Assembly (NCBI GenBank): GCA_040752695.1
Contig: JBFMGO010000007.1
Coordinates: forward strand, 32,370-96,369
DNA: 64,000 nt
Reading direction: 5' to 3'
Source of the DNA: a bacterium
Lineage (GTDB): Bacteria > SZUA-182 > DTGQ01
Below, in pieces: positions 29,686 to 39,223 of this stretch. Each line of letters begins with the position of its first letter. The stretch's first letter is position 1. Below the pieces are notes generated by a model. The model made no database searches. It had not been told where the DNA came from and saw nothing but the letters and a program-made list of their open reading frames with translations. A program made the position numbers and the translations under genes.

Positions 29686-29820
29686 CCCCTCATTTACAAC
29701 CCGTACCTTGCGCATTGAACAGCCGAAAACAAAGGTAACTGTGATTTTTAAGATAGATTTTCACCTTCTTTTATGTTATGCTTTTTTCCTTTCCAAGAAT
29801 ACTTTATCAGGAGTTAGAGC

Positions 29821-31278
29821 ATGATCTGTATACCCATTACTGCTATAGCTACAGGAGCGGCCCTGCGGGAGATTCAGCAGGCGGAAGAAGTAGCCGATAT
29901 TTTAGAATTGCGGATTGATTACCTGGCGGATCCTGACCTGGGGGAACTTCTTGGTGCCAGAAAAAAACCGGTCATCATCACCAACAGGAAAACCGATGAG
30001 GGAGGAAAATTCCCTGGCACTGAAACAGAGCGGCTTCAACTCCTGGAGGAGGCGGTCCGCCTGGGGGCAGAGCATATCGATTTGGAATGGAGCTGCGGGC
30101 CGAACGTCTTGCGGCACTTCAAGGAACTGTGCAGGGGAGGCAAAACCCGTATTATCTCCTCCTGGCACAATTTTCTGGAGACTCCGGGGAATCTTGATGA
30201 ATTATACACTTCGATGAAATCGGCGGGTGCCGATATCATCAAGATCGTCACCCATGCCAATTCGATCAACGATAACCTGAAGGTCTTTGACCTGATCTTC
30301 AGGGCACAGGAAGATGATCAGGAGATTATCGCCCTGTGCATGGGGCCCTGCGGAGAAATCAGCCGGATACTGGCTCCGCTCTTGGGAGCGTATTTAACCT
30401 TCGGCTCCTTGCAGCAGGGGAAGGAATCCGCGCCAGGGCAGGTCGAAGCACAGCTTTTGCGGGATGTCTACCGGCTCAGCGACCTGAAAGATACCGATTT
30501 TCGGCTCTACGGCCTGGTGGGTAATCCGGTCAGCCAGAGCAAGGGAATTCATATCCATAACAATGCCTTCCGGAGCCAGCAACTGGACAGCCTGTATGCC
30601 AATTTTCTAGTGGAGGATGTTGCTTCCTTTATGCAGGGCTTCAAAGGCTACATCTGCGGCCTCAGCGTCACCATGCCCCATAAGCAGAAAATTATGGATT
30701 ATCTGCCCCAGGTCGATCCCATGGCCCGCAGGATTGGGGCCATCAACACCGTAGTGAAAAAAAAGGGCACTCTGATTGGCTATAATACTGATGTTACGGG
30801 GGCTATTCAGGCCATCGAGGCGGTTACCCCCATCGCTGACAAGAAAGTGGTTCTCCTTGGAGCAGGTGGTGTGGCCAGGGCCATCGCCTATGGGATTGTA
30901 GACCGGGGAGGCAGGCTTACCATCTTGAACCGTACCTTCAACCGGGCCCAAAGCCTGGCCAGAGAGCTGTTTTGCCAATGCGGCGATCTTGCAGGAATTC
31001 AGAACATCGAGGCTGATATTCTCATTAATGGCACATCGGTCGGTATGGCACCAAAGACCGAGGAGATGCCGGTTCCCGAATCAGTCCTAAAGCCCGGTCT
31101 GGTCGTATTCGATACGGTCTACCATCCTGCAAAGACACGCCTGCTCAAAGAAGCCATGGCACGAGGCTGCATCACCGTCTCTGGTGTGGATATGTTTCTG
31201 AACCAGGCAGCAGCTCAATTTAAACTGTGGACCGGCATCGAGGCACCAAGAGAGGTTATGAAGGCTGCTCTTGAGTAA
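29821..31278 (+). CDS. aroE: Bifunctional type I 3-dehydroquinate dehydratase / shikimate dehydrogenase (AroD-AroE)
   Basis: ELRIDYL, IISSWHNF, SAPGQ; then GLSVTMPHK, GAINT, GYNTD, LGAGGVARA, DTVY. Confidence 0.95.
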   Translation: MICIPITAIATGAALREIQQAEEVADILELRIDYLADPDLGELLGARKKPVIITNRKTDEGGKFPGTETERLQLLEEAVRLGAEHIDLEWSCGPNVLRHFKELCRGGKTRIISSWHNFLETPGNLDELYTSMKSAGADIIKIVTHANSINDNLKVFDLIFRAQEDDQEIIALCMGPCGEISRILAPLLGAYLTFGSLQQGKESAPGQVEAQLLRDVYRLSDLKDTDFRLYGLVGNPVSQSKGIHIHNNAFRSQQLDSLYANFLVEDVASFMQGFKGYICGLSVTMPHKQKIMDYLPQVDPMARRIGAINTVVKKKGTLIGYNTDVTGAIQAIEAVTPIADKKVVLLGAGGVARAIAYGIVDRGGRLTILNRTFNRAQSLARELFCQCGDLAGIQNIEADILINGTSVGMAPKTEEMPVPESVLKPGLVVFDTVYHPAKTRLLKEAMARGCITVSGVDMFLNQAAAQFKLWTGIEAPREVMKAALE

Positions 31279-31291
31279 GCTCAAAGAGTCA

Positions 31292-31445
31292 ATGAACCAG
31301 CATCCAAAAACCAACATTCATGAGCCGGCATCCAGAAACCAGCATCCAGAAACCATGAGCCGGGAACCATGAGCTAGCATCCAGCATCCATGATCCAGCA
31401 TCCAGCCAGCATCGAGAAACCATGAGCCAAAAACCAGGAACCATC
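31292..31445. repeat. Degenerate heptamer repeat tract
   Basis: CAGCATC/CAGAAAC/CATGAGC units repeated about 20 times between aroDE and aroA. Confidence 0.8.
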
Positions 31446-31447
31446 GT

Positions 31448-32755
31448 ATGAACCTGATAGCGCACAAGACAGCCCGTTTGGCCGGGGATATATCCATTCC
31501 CGGCTCGAAATCCCACACTATCCGGGGTGTGGTCATGGCCTCTTTAGCCAATGGCACATCGCGTCTGAAAAATCCGCTGGATTCGGCCGATACCCTGGCC
31601 GCCTTCAATGCAGCCCAAAGTTTCGGGGCCAGGATCGATACTTCCCATCCCGGAGAGTGGATCATCGAAGGATTCGGCAGCCATCCCCAAAAGCTTCCGG
31701 GGGGTCCGATCGACATGCTTAACAGCGGCACATCCACCAATCTGTTCGCCTCAGTAGCTGCATTGGGGGACTTCGAGATCATCATCGATGGGGACGCCTC
31801 CATTCGCCGGCGGCCGGTGCAGCCCCTTTTGGATGCCCTTTTGCAACTGGGAGCCGAGGCGCAATCGATCGGGAAAAACGGATGCCCCCCGCTTCGGATC
31901 AAAGGCCCTTTAAGAGGAGGCGAAGCCGAGGTTGACTGCCGCAGCTCACAGTACGTCTCAAGCCTTTTGATCACCTGCCCGCTCATCCACCCTGGCCAGA
32001 CCACAACAATCAGGGTTCGCAACGTGTGTGAGGTGCCCTACATCCAGATGACCCTCGACTGGCTGAAGTCCCTGGGCATTCAGGTGGAGCAAAAAGGGTA
32101 TGAGTGCTTTCGGATTCCGGGCGGGCAAAGCTACCAGCCCTTTGTCCGGGAAATTCCGGCTGACTGGTCATCGGCCACTTTCCCTTTATGTGCCGCTGCC
32201 ATGATTGAGGGCTCGGACTGCCTGATCAAGGGGCTCGATATCCAGGACTCCCAGGCTGACCGGCAGGTGCTGGAACATCTTCAGAAGATGGGAGCAGGAA
32301 TCGAGGTCACTGACCAGGGGATCAGGGTTTGCGGCCAGGGCCTGCACGGCACAGAGCTCGATCTGAACAATACCCCCGATGCCCTGCCAGCCATAGCCGC
32401 GACAGCCTGCATGGCCGAAGGGGTTACCGTTATCGGCAATGTGGCCCATGCCAGAATCAAGGAGACAGACCGCATCCAGGTTATGGCGCAAGAGCTTGGC
32501 CGGATGGGGGCAAAAATAAAGGAAACCCCCGACGGGCTGATTATCGAAAAGAGCAGCCTGCATGGTTCAACCGTGGAGGGGCACCACGATCATCGCGTGG
32601 TTATGGCTCTCTCCCTGGCCGCGATGGCGGCTTCGGGCCACACCTCGATTACGACCGCCGAGGCGGTGAACGTGACCTTTCCCACCTATGTCAGCCTCAT
32701 GCAGGGCCTTGGAGCCTGCCTGGAAATGACGGACGGGAAGCCCAGACCGGTATAG
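31448..32755 (+). CDS. aroA: 3-phosphoshikimate 1-carboxyvinyltransferase (EPSP synthase)
   Basis: PGSKSHT, NSGT, SSQYVS, DWSSA, RIKETDRI, DHRVVM. Confidence 0.97.
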   Translation: MNLIAHKTARLAGDISIPGSKSHTIRGVVMASLANGTSRLKNPLDSADTLAAFNAAQSFGARIDTSHPGEWIIEGFGSHPQKLPGGPIDMLNSGTSTNLFASVAALGDFEIIIDGDASIRRRPVQPLLDALLQLGAEAQSIGKNGCPPLRIKGPLRGGEAEVDCRSSQYVSSLLITCPLIHPGQTTTIRVRNVCEVPYIQMTLDWLKSLGIQVEQKGYECFRIPGGQSYQPFVREIPADWSSATFPLCAAAMIEGSDCLIKGLDIQDSQADRQVLEHLQKMGAGIEVTDQGIRVCGQGLHGTELDLNNTPDALPAIAATACMAEGVTVIGNVAHARIKETDRIQVMAQELGRMGAKIKETPDGLIIEKSSLHGSTVEGHHDHRVVMALSLAAMAASGHTSITTAEAVNVTFPTYVSLMQGLGACLEMTDGKPRPV

Positions 32756-35700
32756 CCATAAGCTCCTCAAGAACTGATAAAAACTGCGCCTTAATAACCC
32801 TTTCCCATGACATGGCTTTTGAAAGTGCTGCGCCTCTATCTATGAGAAGTCGGCGATCATTATCATTCTGAGGGAGTAACGAGTAAAGCTGTTCAGCAAG
32901 TTTTTCGCTGGTTTGCTCTTCATAGGTATCGATCTCATCACGAGTCGTAGTGGATACTACAGAAAATAGCCGGTCAGAAAAGATGTGATCTTTTTTGGTA
33001 ATATTCTCACGTGAAAGCTTTCCCTCTATCTTCTTACGCAATGGATCTAAAAAATCGGCTCTTAAAATATTTTTATCAAGTGCCAGGAGGGCTTTTTCTC
33101 TTTCTCTTGTGTTAAGCTTGTCAATCTCGGTTGCCCGCAGCCAATCGAGCATGCCCATGGATCCCGCAGATTTTGACAAAACGCAAATCGCTCCACAGCT
33201 TAACGGCTCCAGGGCAGACAGCCCAAATGACTCGTATGCACTGAGGCCGAGAGCGGCATCCGTTGCCCGATGCAGATCATCTCTTGTGAAGGATGGAGCC
33301 GGCAGATATTTACCTTCAACTTTCTCGGTTTGCTCAGGCCAGCGCGGAGCGTTCACGATCCGTACAAATACGCTGCCGTCAGCTTTGTCGAATTCGTATT
33401 TTTCAATATTATCCTTGATTTTGGAAATTATCGGATCATCACCACTCCATGATGTGACTATCAGCAACAAGGCTTGCTGCCTATTATCGGCTAAAATCTT
33501 CTGGAGCGATTTTAATAGTAATATGTCCCGGTGTATCGCCTTGCACATCATCGGTCGAGCAATGCGTGTTATCACGAAACACCGGTCGGGATCTGATGTA
33601 TTGATTTTTGGAAATCCCCATTTCTGAGCTGCATAAGTCAAGAGATTGGCACGGCAGCGCCTTTTCATTTCCACCGAGCAATTTATCTGCCTGTTCCCAT
33701 GGTAGAATACGGGGGTGTCTCCTTTCCTTCTGAAATTACCGTCAAGAAAAAGTAATTCATCAAAAACATAGTCGCTTACGGTCATAATTCGATCTAATTT
33801 CCATGCCTGTTGAATAAGACGCAAGTCCGAATGCATGGATATGTGCTGAAGTTGATTAAAATCGTGGATAGTTTTTCTTGGGGATTCCTCATCTTTTGAA
33901 AAGGATTCCGCACCCTTTAAAGGAATCGAAAATTCTATAAGATTGCGAACCTTGACATCTGACGATAATCCACCTCCCAATACGTATTCTTTCGCATCCG
34001 TAGTGAATGCAGCCCCTGATGCTGTTATTCCTTCGACTAAATTGCGTATCGTCTTTATTTCTCCGGCATAATACAGGGTGCGTAGCCGAAAAGGTTTGTA
34101 ATTTCCCAGTCTTCTCCCCTTCTTATTACTATCCGTATCACGCTTATAGCTGCCGGTTAGATTTCTCCTTCGATGCAAAAGAGCGGCGTATCCTGTAGGG
34201 AGCGAGAAGTAATCCTGAACGGTGATTACACAAACCTCTTTACTGCTCAGTAATGCCTGTACAGCTTCAACTGCCGGTTCAGCCAATAAAAGGCCGTAAA
34301 CATAGTCATTGTCGATGTGACGGTAGATGCCCTCGTTATTTTCGATAGCGGAAGTCCACCACTTGTTAAGAACAGCATTATTTACCAGGTTTACCCCAAG
34401 AGAATTGGATACGGCAGCCAGAATTTCAAATAAGGGGGGATATTGGCGAATATTTCCATAACTTAAGTCCAGATCCAATTCATGTTTCAGCCGGTCTAAA
34501 AATAATTTAAGTGATGGTGAATACACATTGCGAGGCGTTACGCATGCAGTGAGGTTAAAGAGCAGGCGCTCTAAAACGTGTCCATCGTATTCGGAAGACT
34601 TGCGGTCTCGCATATAAACGATCTCCACGCCGTGGCAGCGTTCTATCTGTCGGAACGTATCAGTTATGTAAGATGCCACAGTACTGTTAAGGGTACTGTT
34701 GGTTCGATACAGGATTTCCGCATCCAGTCTTTCCAGCACATCCTCGACAGTCTCGAAGGGATCATATTCCTTGGACGTTATAGGCGGGAACAGCGGGCCG
34801 ATAAGGAGTGTCCGCGTAACCGTGTCCCTGTATTTTTCATCGTCTACAAGATTAGATAACACCATCCCGACTCCACCCATCTGTCGCGATGCTTCCCAGG
34901 TAACCCAGGCAAGCGTTCTTTTTTTTCGGCTTTCGTTCGGTGAGGCAATCCAGATGCGCTCGGCTCTCCGGCCATTTCCCACTCTCATTGCGTGATGCTC
35001 AATCTTTTTTATGGTTGAAGTCCCCTCCATCTGAGACTTGTAACACGATAATCCATCTCTCTTTCTTTTCCAAAATCCCTCAAGGTCTACCAACAAAGGC
35101 TGCAAATGGTAGGAGGATAATCCCATTGAAGATTGCAGATGAGAGGACAGTCCCATCGCTAATTCCTCAATCTCCCCCTCGGATTTCTCCTCAGCATAGG
35201 GTAACTCTTCATAGTACAACAGTTGACCGGGATCTATTTCTGCCTCTTTTGCCGCCTTTATGGTCGCATAGAGGGCTATGAGATGATCAATATGCCCCGA
35301 TATTACTCCCAGGGGTACATAAATAGCTGCATTAATAGCTACATTTTTTGCCTCTCGCCGAAAAAAAACCGACAGCCTTTCCGCAACTGCATTGAGGAGA
35401 GTGAGCTCCTCTGCATCATTCACGCTGCGGCGATACTCCTCCCCTGCAATACTATAGCGAATGCTGGAATCATCGAAGTTGAGCCTTTCTAATCTGCAAC
35501 CTGTTTGTTTACAGAACAATTCTTCCTCTTCCGCCCGTATTGACGAGATTCCCTCTATACCATATTTTTGCCATTCAAAGTTAAAGGTGAATTTACTGCG
35601 CGAAAAAATCGTTATAATAGTTGCATCAGCCAGTTTTAAAGGAGGGGTTACAAGGCTTGAAAAACAGGAAAAAGCTATATCATCCGGATGCGGTGATATA

Positions 35701-35783
35701 AAATAGCGTTTTGGCAGTACGGACATAAGGTATTTATTCTCCCTTGAAAGTATAATTCTTATCCCAGATTTGGTTCTCCACAA
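32697..35783 (-). CDS. Fusion of PIG-L/LmbE-family deacetylase and GT-B (glycogen-synthase/GT3-like) glycosyltransferase
   Basis: SPHPDD, RAEEE, GHIDH and YYEELPY in the first ~280 aa; then VTWEASRQMGGVG and YESFGLSALEPLSCG. Likely start 35726; 3' end overlaps aroA. Confidence 0.78.
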   Translation of the reverse strand: MWRTKSGIRIILSRENKYLMSVLPKRYFISPHPDDIAFSCFSSLVTPPLKLADATIITIFSRSKFTFNFEWQKYGIEGISSIRAEEEELFCKQTGCRLERLNFDDSSIRYSIAGEEYRRSVNDAEELTLLNAVAERLSVFFRREAKNVAINAAIYVPLGVISGHIDHLIALYATIKAAKEAEIDPGQLLYYEELPYAEEKSEGEIEELAMGLSSHLQSSMGLSSYHLQPLLVDLEGFWKRKRDGLSCYKSQMEGTSTIKKIEHHAMRVGNGRRAERIWIASPNESRKKRTLAWVTWEASRQMGGVGMVLSNLVDDEKYRDTVTRTLLIGPLFPPITSKEYDPFETVEDVLERLDAEILYRTNSTLNSTVASYITDTFRQIERCHGVEIVYMRDRKSSEYDGHVLERLLFNLTACVTPRNVYSPSLKLFLDRLKHELDLDLSYGNIRQYPPLFEILAAVSNSLGVNLVNNAVLNKWWTSAIENNEGIYRHIDNDYVYGLLLAEPAVEAVQALLSSKEVCVITVQDYFSLPTGYAALLHRRRNLTGSYKRDTDSNKKGRRLGNYKPFRLRTLYYAGEIKTIRNLVEGITASGAAFTTDAKEYVLGGGLSSDVKVRNLIEFSIPLKGAESFSKDEESPRKTIHDFNQLQHISMHSDLRLIQQAWKLDRIMTVSDYVFDELLFLDGNFRRKGDTPVFYHGNRQINCSVEMKRRCRANLLTYAAQKWGFPKINTSDPDRCFVITRIARPMMCKAIHRDILLLKSLQKILADNRQQALLLIVTSWSGDDPIISKIKDNIEKYEFDKADGSVFVRIVNAPRWPEQTEKVEGKYLPAPSFTRDDLHRATDAALGLSAYESFGLSALEPLSCGAICVLSKSAGSMGMLDWLRATEIDKLNTREREKALLALDKNILRADFLDPLRKKIEGKLSRENITKKDHIFSDRLFSVVSTTTRDEIDTYEEQTSEKLAEQLYSLLPQNDNDRRLLIDRGAALSKAMSWERVIKAQFLSVLEELMAIPVWASRPSFPGRLQGPA

Positions 35784-35890
35784 AAGTCCATTTTCCCCTG
35801 CACTTGCCGATCAGCCATTAATTTTATATTACAGTCTGTTATGGCTATTTTGCTGATTGAAATACAAATATGTACGAATACGATGGAACT

Positions 35891-38644
35891 TCAGGCATCC
35901 ATACCGTTTTTACGATCCACACCTCCGACCCAGTCGTCTAATTCCGACAGCCGGTTTTTCATATTCAGCTCTTCCAGGACCATTTGAGCAGCCTGCTTAT
36001 AATGCTGACTATCTTCATCCTCGCCCTTTCCCGCTTTAAGACGGGCTAAAAGTAAATTGGCCTCCGCCAGGGTAACGGTATTTCTTTGCTGGTATAATTC
36101 CAAAACCTTCAAGGCGCGGCTCTGCGCCTTATCCATATCTCCCAATTGATATTCTGCTATGGCCAGGTCCAGGGCATAGCGATGGACTGCCCATTCATCC
36201 CCTTGTTTTTGAGCCTCATCCATAGCCATTTGCAGCCATTTTTCCACTTTCCCGAGATCACCTTTCAACTGATAGAGTAATCCCTTTGAGCGGAAAATCT
36301 TCTGTTTCATCCAGGATATATCGGTATTTTGGGTAGTTGAGATAAATTCGTTCAATAGCTTTTCCGCTTTCTCTACCTCGCGTCCCCGTATGGCATACTC
36401 TATTCCATTGGCCAATATTTCAGCGAGTAAATGTGGAGAATGAGCATTGCGGGCAATATCCACCGCATCCTGGAATATCCCATTCGCCTCGGGTTTATTC
36501 CCGGCTCTGAAATGGAGCCACGAAATTTTGTTCAGTAATCCTGCCTCCATAAATCTGTATTCTTTCTCTCTCGCAAGATCAACGACTTGCTGGCAATAAT
36601 CTATCGCTTTTTTCCATTCGCCTTTCTTCTCAGAGAAATACGCCAGATCTTCAAGGCAGGTAGTTTTTTTAAGCCACTGAGGATTTTTACCTTGCTCTAT
36701 CAGGTTCAGGGTCTGCTCGTAATAATGGATGGACGTTTCCTCTTTTCCTATTATTTTATAAGCCTGGGCAAGGTTAAAATAAGCTAATACCTGCCCTTCG
36801 GAGTCTGCCTGATCTTCCGCCGCTTTTAAGGCTTCCGATATGTTTTTGATTACCGAACGCGAATCCTGCTCTACCCGGAGTTTTAGAAATATCCCGGCAC
36901 ATCTGGCCATATGCAGTGCCAGGCCCGTCTTTTTTGCCATTTCCCATGCCTGATTATATTCGTCCAGCACATCGGGAGGTGCATTTTGTCCATTGCATTG
37001 ATATACTGCCTCCAATGTCAGGAGCATGTGAAGCAATTCATGCAGGTTGTTTGACTCGCTTGCTAATCTTATTGCCTTTTCCATCTGTGATTTGGCAAGT
37101 TCCAAATTTTCCATGGTATGGATACGAATGTTGGAATCGAGATCCAGGAGGGAAATCTCGACGGTAATATCCTTTTCCCTTTCCGGTATTTTCCCGAAAT
37201 TACTTAATCCGCAGTTTGTATGATAAGCCGCTTCGTTCAGGGCACATATACGCCATGCCTTCTGCCCCGCTCTTAATCTGAATTTCGCTGCTTTATGATA
37301 GGTATGCGCTGATTCATAGTGAACAGCTATCTCACCAAAAGGAATGTCGATCTGATCGATAAATGAATGCTCGTAAATTTCGGCAATCTTTTTGTGGAGT
37401 TCGCCTTTTTCAGCTTCACCTAAACTATCGTATATTACCTGATGATATACGGTATGCGAGAATTTAAAATTTTTATCAAAATTATTCGGCTCATAAGTTA
37501 CGGATTCCTCTATTAACCTGCACTTTTGTCGGATTTTGGTTAAATGTTTAAGTACCTCCAGGTGATCTACGCCGAGGAGTTTTGCCAGAACTGTCGAGTG
37601 AAATTCCTCCCCCTCGACACTTGCATAATTTATTACCGTCACTAAATTATTATCGAGGAGTCCCAATCTTTCAAGGATGATGTCTTGAACCTCAAGGGGA
37701 ACTTTTTTCGGATTAAACGCTGAACTCACCTGCCAGCGGCCTTGATCCAGTTGAATATGGCTTTTCTCTTCTAAGAATTGAAATATGAGAGACATGAACA
37801 AAGGCCATCCCTCGGTATGCTTGCAAAGCCAATCAGTGAATGACTTATTGTCTTCCAATCCGGGATATTCTCTCTTTATATATTCACTAATCTCCTGCTT
37901 ATAAAGATTTTTCAGGGTAATAAATTTGGCTGAATTGTGACGGCGCAGTTCAGAAATCACTTTTTTCAAAGGTTTTAACGGATTAGACGGGGATTCTATT
38001 TCAACGGGGCGATATGTTCCGATCATCAGGATGGGAAGAGATTCCAGATAATGCGACAGGGTAAATAATAGATTAATCGAAGGCCCATCAGCCCAATGTA
38101 AGTCATCTATAAAGATTATTAATGGGGTCTTGCCAGCTATGGAACTGAAGAACTCGATATATCTCGAATTAACTCTATTGATAATATCTACGGCATTTTC
38201 TCCCGTTAATTTACCTTTTTTCCATTCATGAATCAGGTCTACAAAATCATAGAAGAATCCAAACCTGGGCGATATCTTGCTCATGCTGCGTCCTAACTGG
38301 TTCAGTGCTTCTTTGTAGAAATTCGGATTTCGATGAACAAGTTCGGTAATAATTTTATCGAAAGGAACAAATGGTTCTCCCACTGAGGCCAAATCGGTAC
38401 ACTTGGCCTCAATGAACTTAATTGTTAGGTTCTTTTCTCTTTTTGCCTTTCGGCATAATGGTCCGATCAAAAGGTTGTATGAATGATTTATTAAAGCGGT
38501 TTTCCCGATACCGGCCTCTCCCTCGATAAGAATGAGTGAGCCCTTGCCATTCAGGAATTTTTCGGCGGCCTCTTGTAATTGCCTCAGTGCATCTTCACGT
38601 CCAACGAATCTCCCCTGATCAGGGATAGATAAAGCCTTCGACAT
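35891..38644 (-). CDS. STAND-class (AAA_16-type) ATPase with C-terminal TPR repeats, no effector domain
   Basis: FVGRE, GEAGIGKT, IFIDDLHWAD, GTYRP, TEGWPLF, FKFSH; helical TPR-like C-terminal half. Confidence 0.87.
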   Translation of the reverse strand: MSKALSIPDQGRFVGREDALRQLQEAAEKFLNGKGSLILIEGEAGIGKTALINHSYNLLIGPLCRKAKREKNLTIKFIEAKCTDLASVGEPFVPFDKIITELVHRNPNFYKEALNQLGRSMSKISPRFGFFYDFVDLIHEWKKGKLTGENAVDIINRVNSRYIEFFSSIAGKTPLIIFIDDLHWADGPSINLLFTLSHYLESLPILMIGTYRPVEIESPSNPLKPLKKVISELRRHNSAKFITLKNLYKQEISEYIKREYPGLEDNKSFTDWLCKHTEGWPLFMSLIFQFLEEKSHIQLDQGRWQVSSAFNPKKVPLEVQDIILERLGLLDNNLVTVINYASVEGEEFHSTVLAKLLGVDHLEVLKHLTKIRQKCRLIEESVTYEPNNFDKNFKFSHTVYHQVIYDSLGEAEKGELHKKIAEIYEHSFIDQIDIPFGEIAVHYESAHTYHKAAKFRLRAGQKAWRICALNEAAYHTNCGLSNFGKIPEREKDITVEISLLDLDSNIRIHTMENLELAKSQMEKAIRLASESNNLHELLHMLLTLEAVYQCNGQNAPPDVLDEYNQAWEMAKKTGLALHMARCAGIFLKLRVEQDSRSVIKNISEALKAAEDQADSEGQVLAYFNLAQAYKIIGKEETSIHYYEQTLNLIEQGKNPQWLKKTTCLEDLAYFSEKKGEWKKAIDYCQQVVDLAREKEYRFMEAGLLNKISWLHFRAGNKPEANGIFQDAVDIARNAHSPHLLAEILANGIEYAIRGREVEKAEKLLNEFISTTQNTDISWMKQKIFRSKGLLYQLKGDLGKVEKWLQMAMDEAQKQGDEWAVHRYALDLAIAEYQLGDMDKAQSRALKVLELYQQRNTVTLAEANLLLARLKAGKGEDEDSQHYKQAAQMVLEELNMKNRLSELDDWVGGVDRKNGMDA

Positions 38645-39023
38645 GAATATCCCCCCTTAGACTTACGGTTAGTCTCTTTCGGCTATTATGTATTAATAAC
38701 ATAACGAACATTTACATTATTATTTATAATAGATACAAAGAGTTATGGCTATATCTGTTCAATGCGGGCTTAGGATAGAATTGATATTGATGATAGTATT
38801 GATGGTGATGGATGGTGATAAGATGAAAGGGACGTACTAGATTTATCATTCTATACCTTAGGCCGGTATATGTCGGTAATAGTAGTTTTCCGTCCTGGGG
38901 CAGAGCAACATTACACGAGGGGGCGAAAGGAGTACCCCCTTGTCAGGTGGTGGTTGGAAGCCTCCATTGCGGAGTCGATCGGGCACCCCTCACAAGTGAA
39001 ACGTAATCTGCAACATTAACTTT

Positions 39024-39052
39024 AATATACTATAATTTGACCTGATGGGCAA
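39024..39052 (-). promoter_or_regulatory. Candidate sigma70 promoter for the STAND island
   Basis: Minus strand TTGCCC-17 nt-TATATT, about 380 nt upstream of the STAND ATG. Confidence 0.45.
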
Positions 39053-39152
39053 CAAATAAAATTTTCGGGCTGGCTCCAGCTCTTTCATGGCACGCCATGA
39101 AAAGACAGGATAAACCGGCCGCGTAATTCCCGCGACCTGAAGTATTTAGTGC

Positions 39153-39212
39153 CTATCCCAAAACCTCCGGCAACAGGTGTAATCATTCATCTAAAATGGG
39201 GTTTGGGGATAG
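39153..39212. repeat. Inverted-repeat element after the ExeA fusion gene (REP-like or terminator)
   Basis: CTATCCCAAAACC ... GGTTTGGGGATAG. Confidence 0.55.
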
Positions 39213-39223
39213 CCTCTTAGTCT

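Noticed and set aside
29821..31278. AroD-AroE fusion as a novelty
   Set aside because: This bifunctional architecture is well known.
31292..31445. ORFs 31289-31516 and 31318-32022 on the minus strand
   Set aside because: Artefacts of a heptamer repeat tract and of the aroA antisense strand.
38895..39015. tmRNA, 6S, SRP RNA or tRNA
   Set aside because: No acceptor stem, T-loop or SRP GGAA/AGCAG motif was recognised; kept only as an unassigned structured leader.
32697..39220. Prophage or integrative element
   Set aside because: No integrase, transposase, att repeats or phage genes seen; the island call rests on composition and gene content only.
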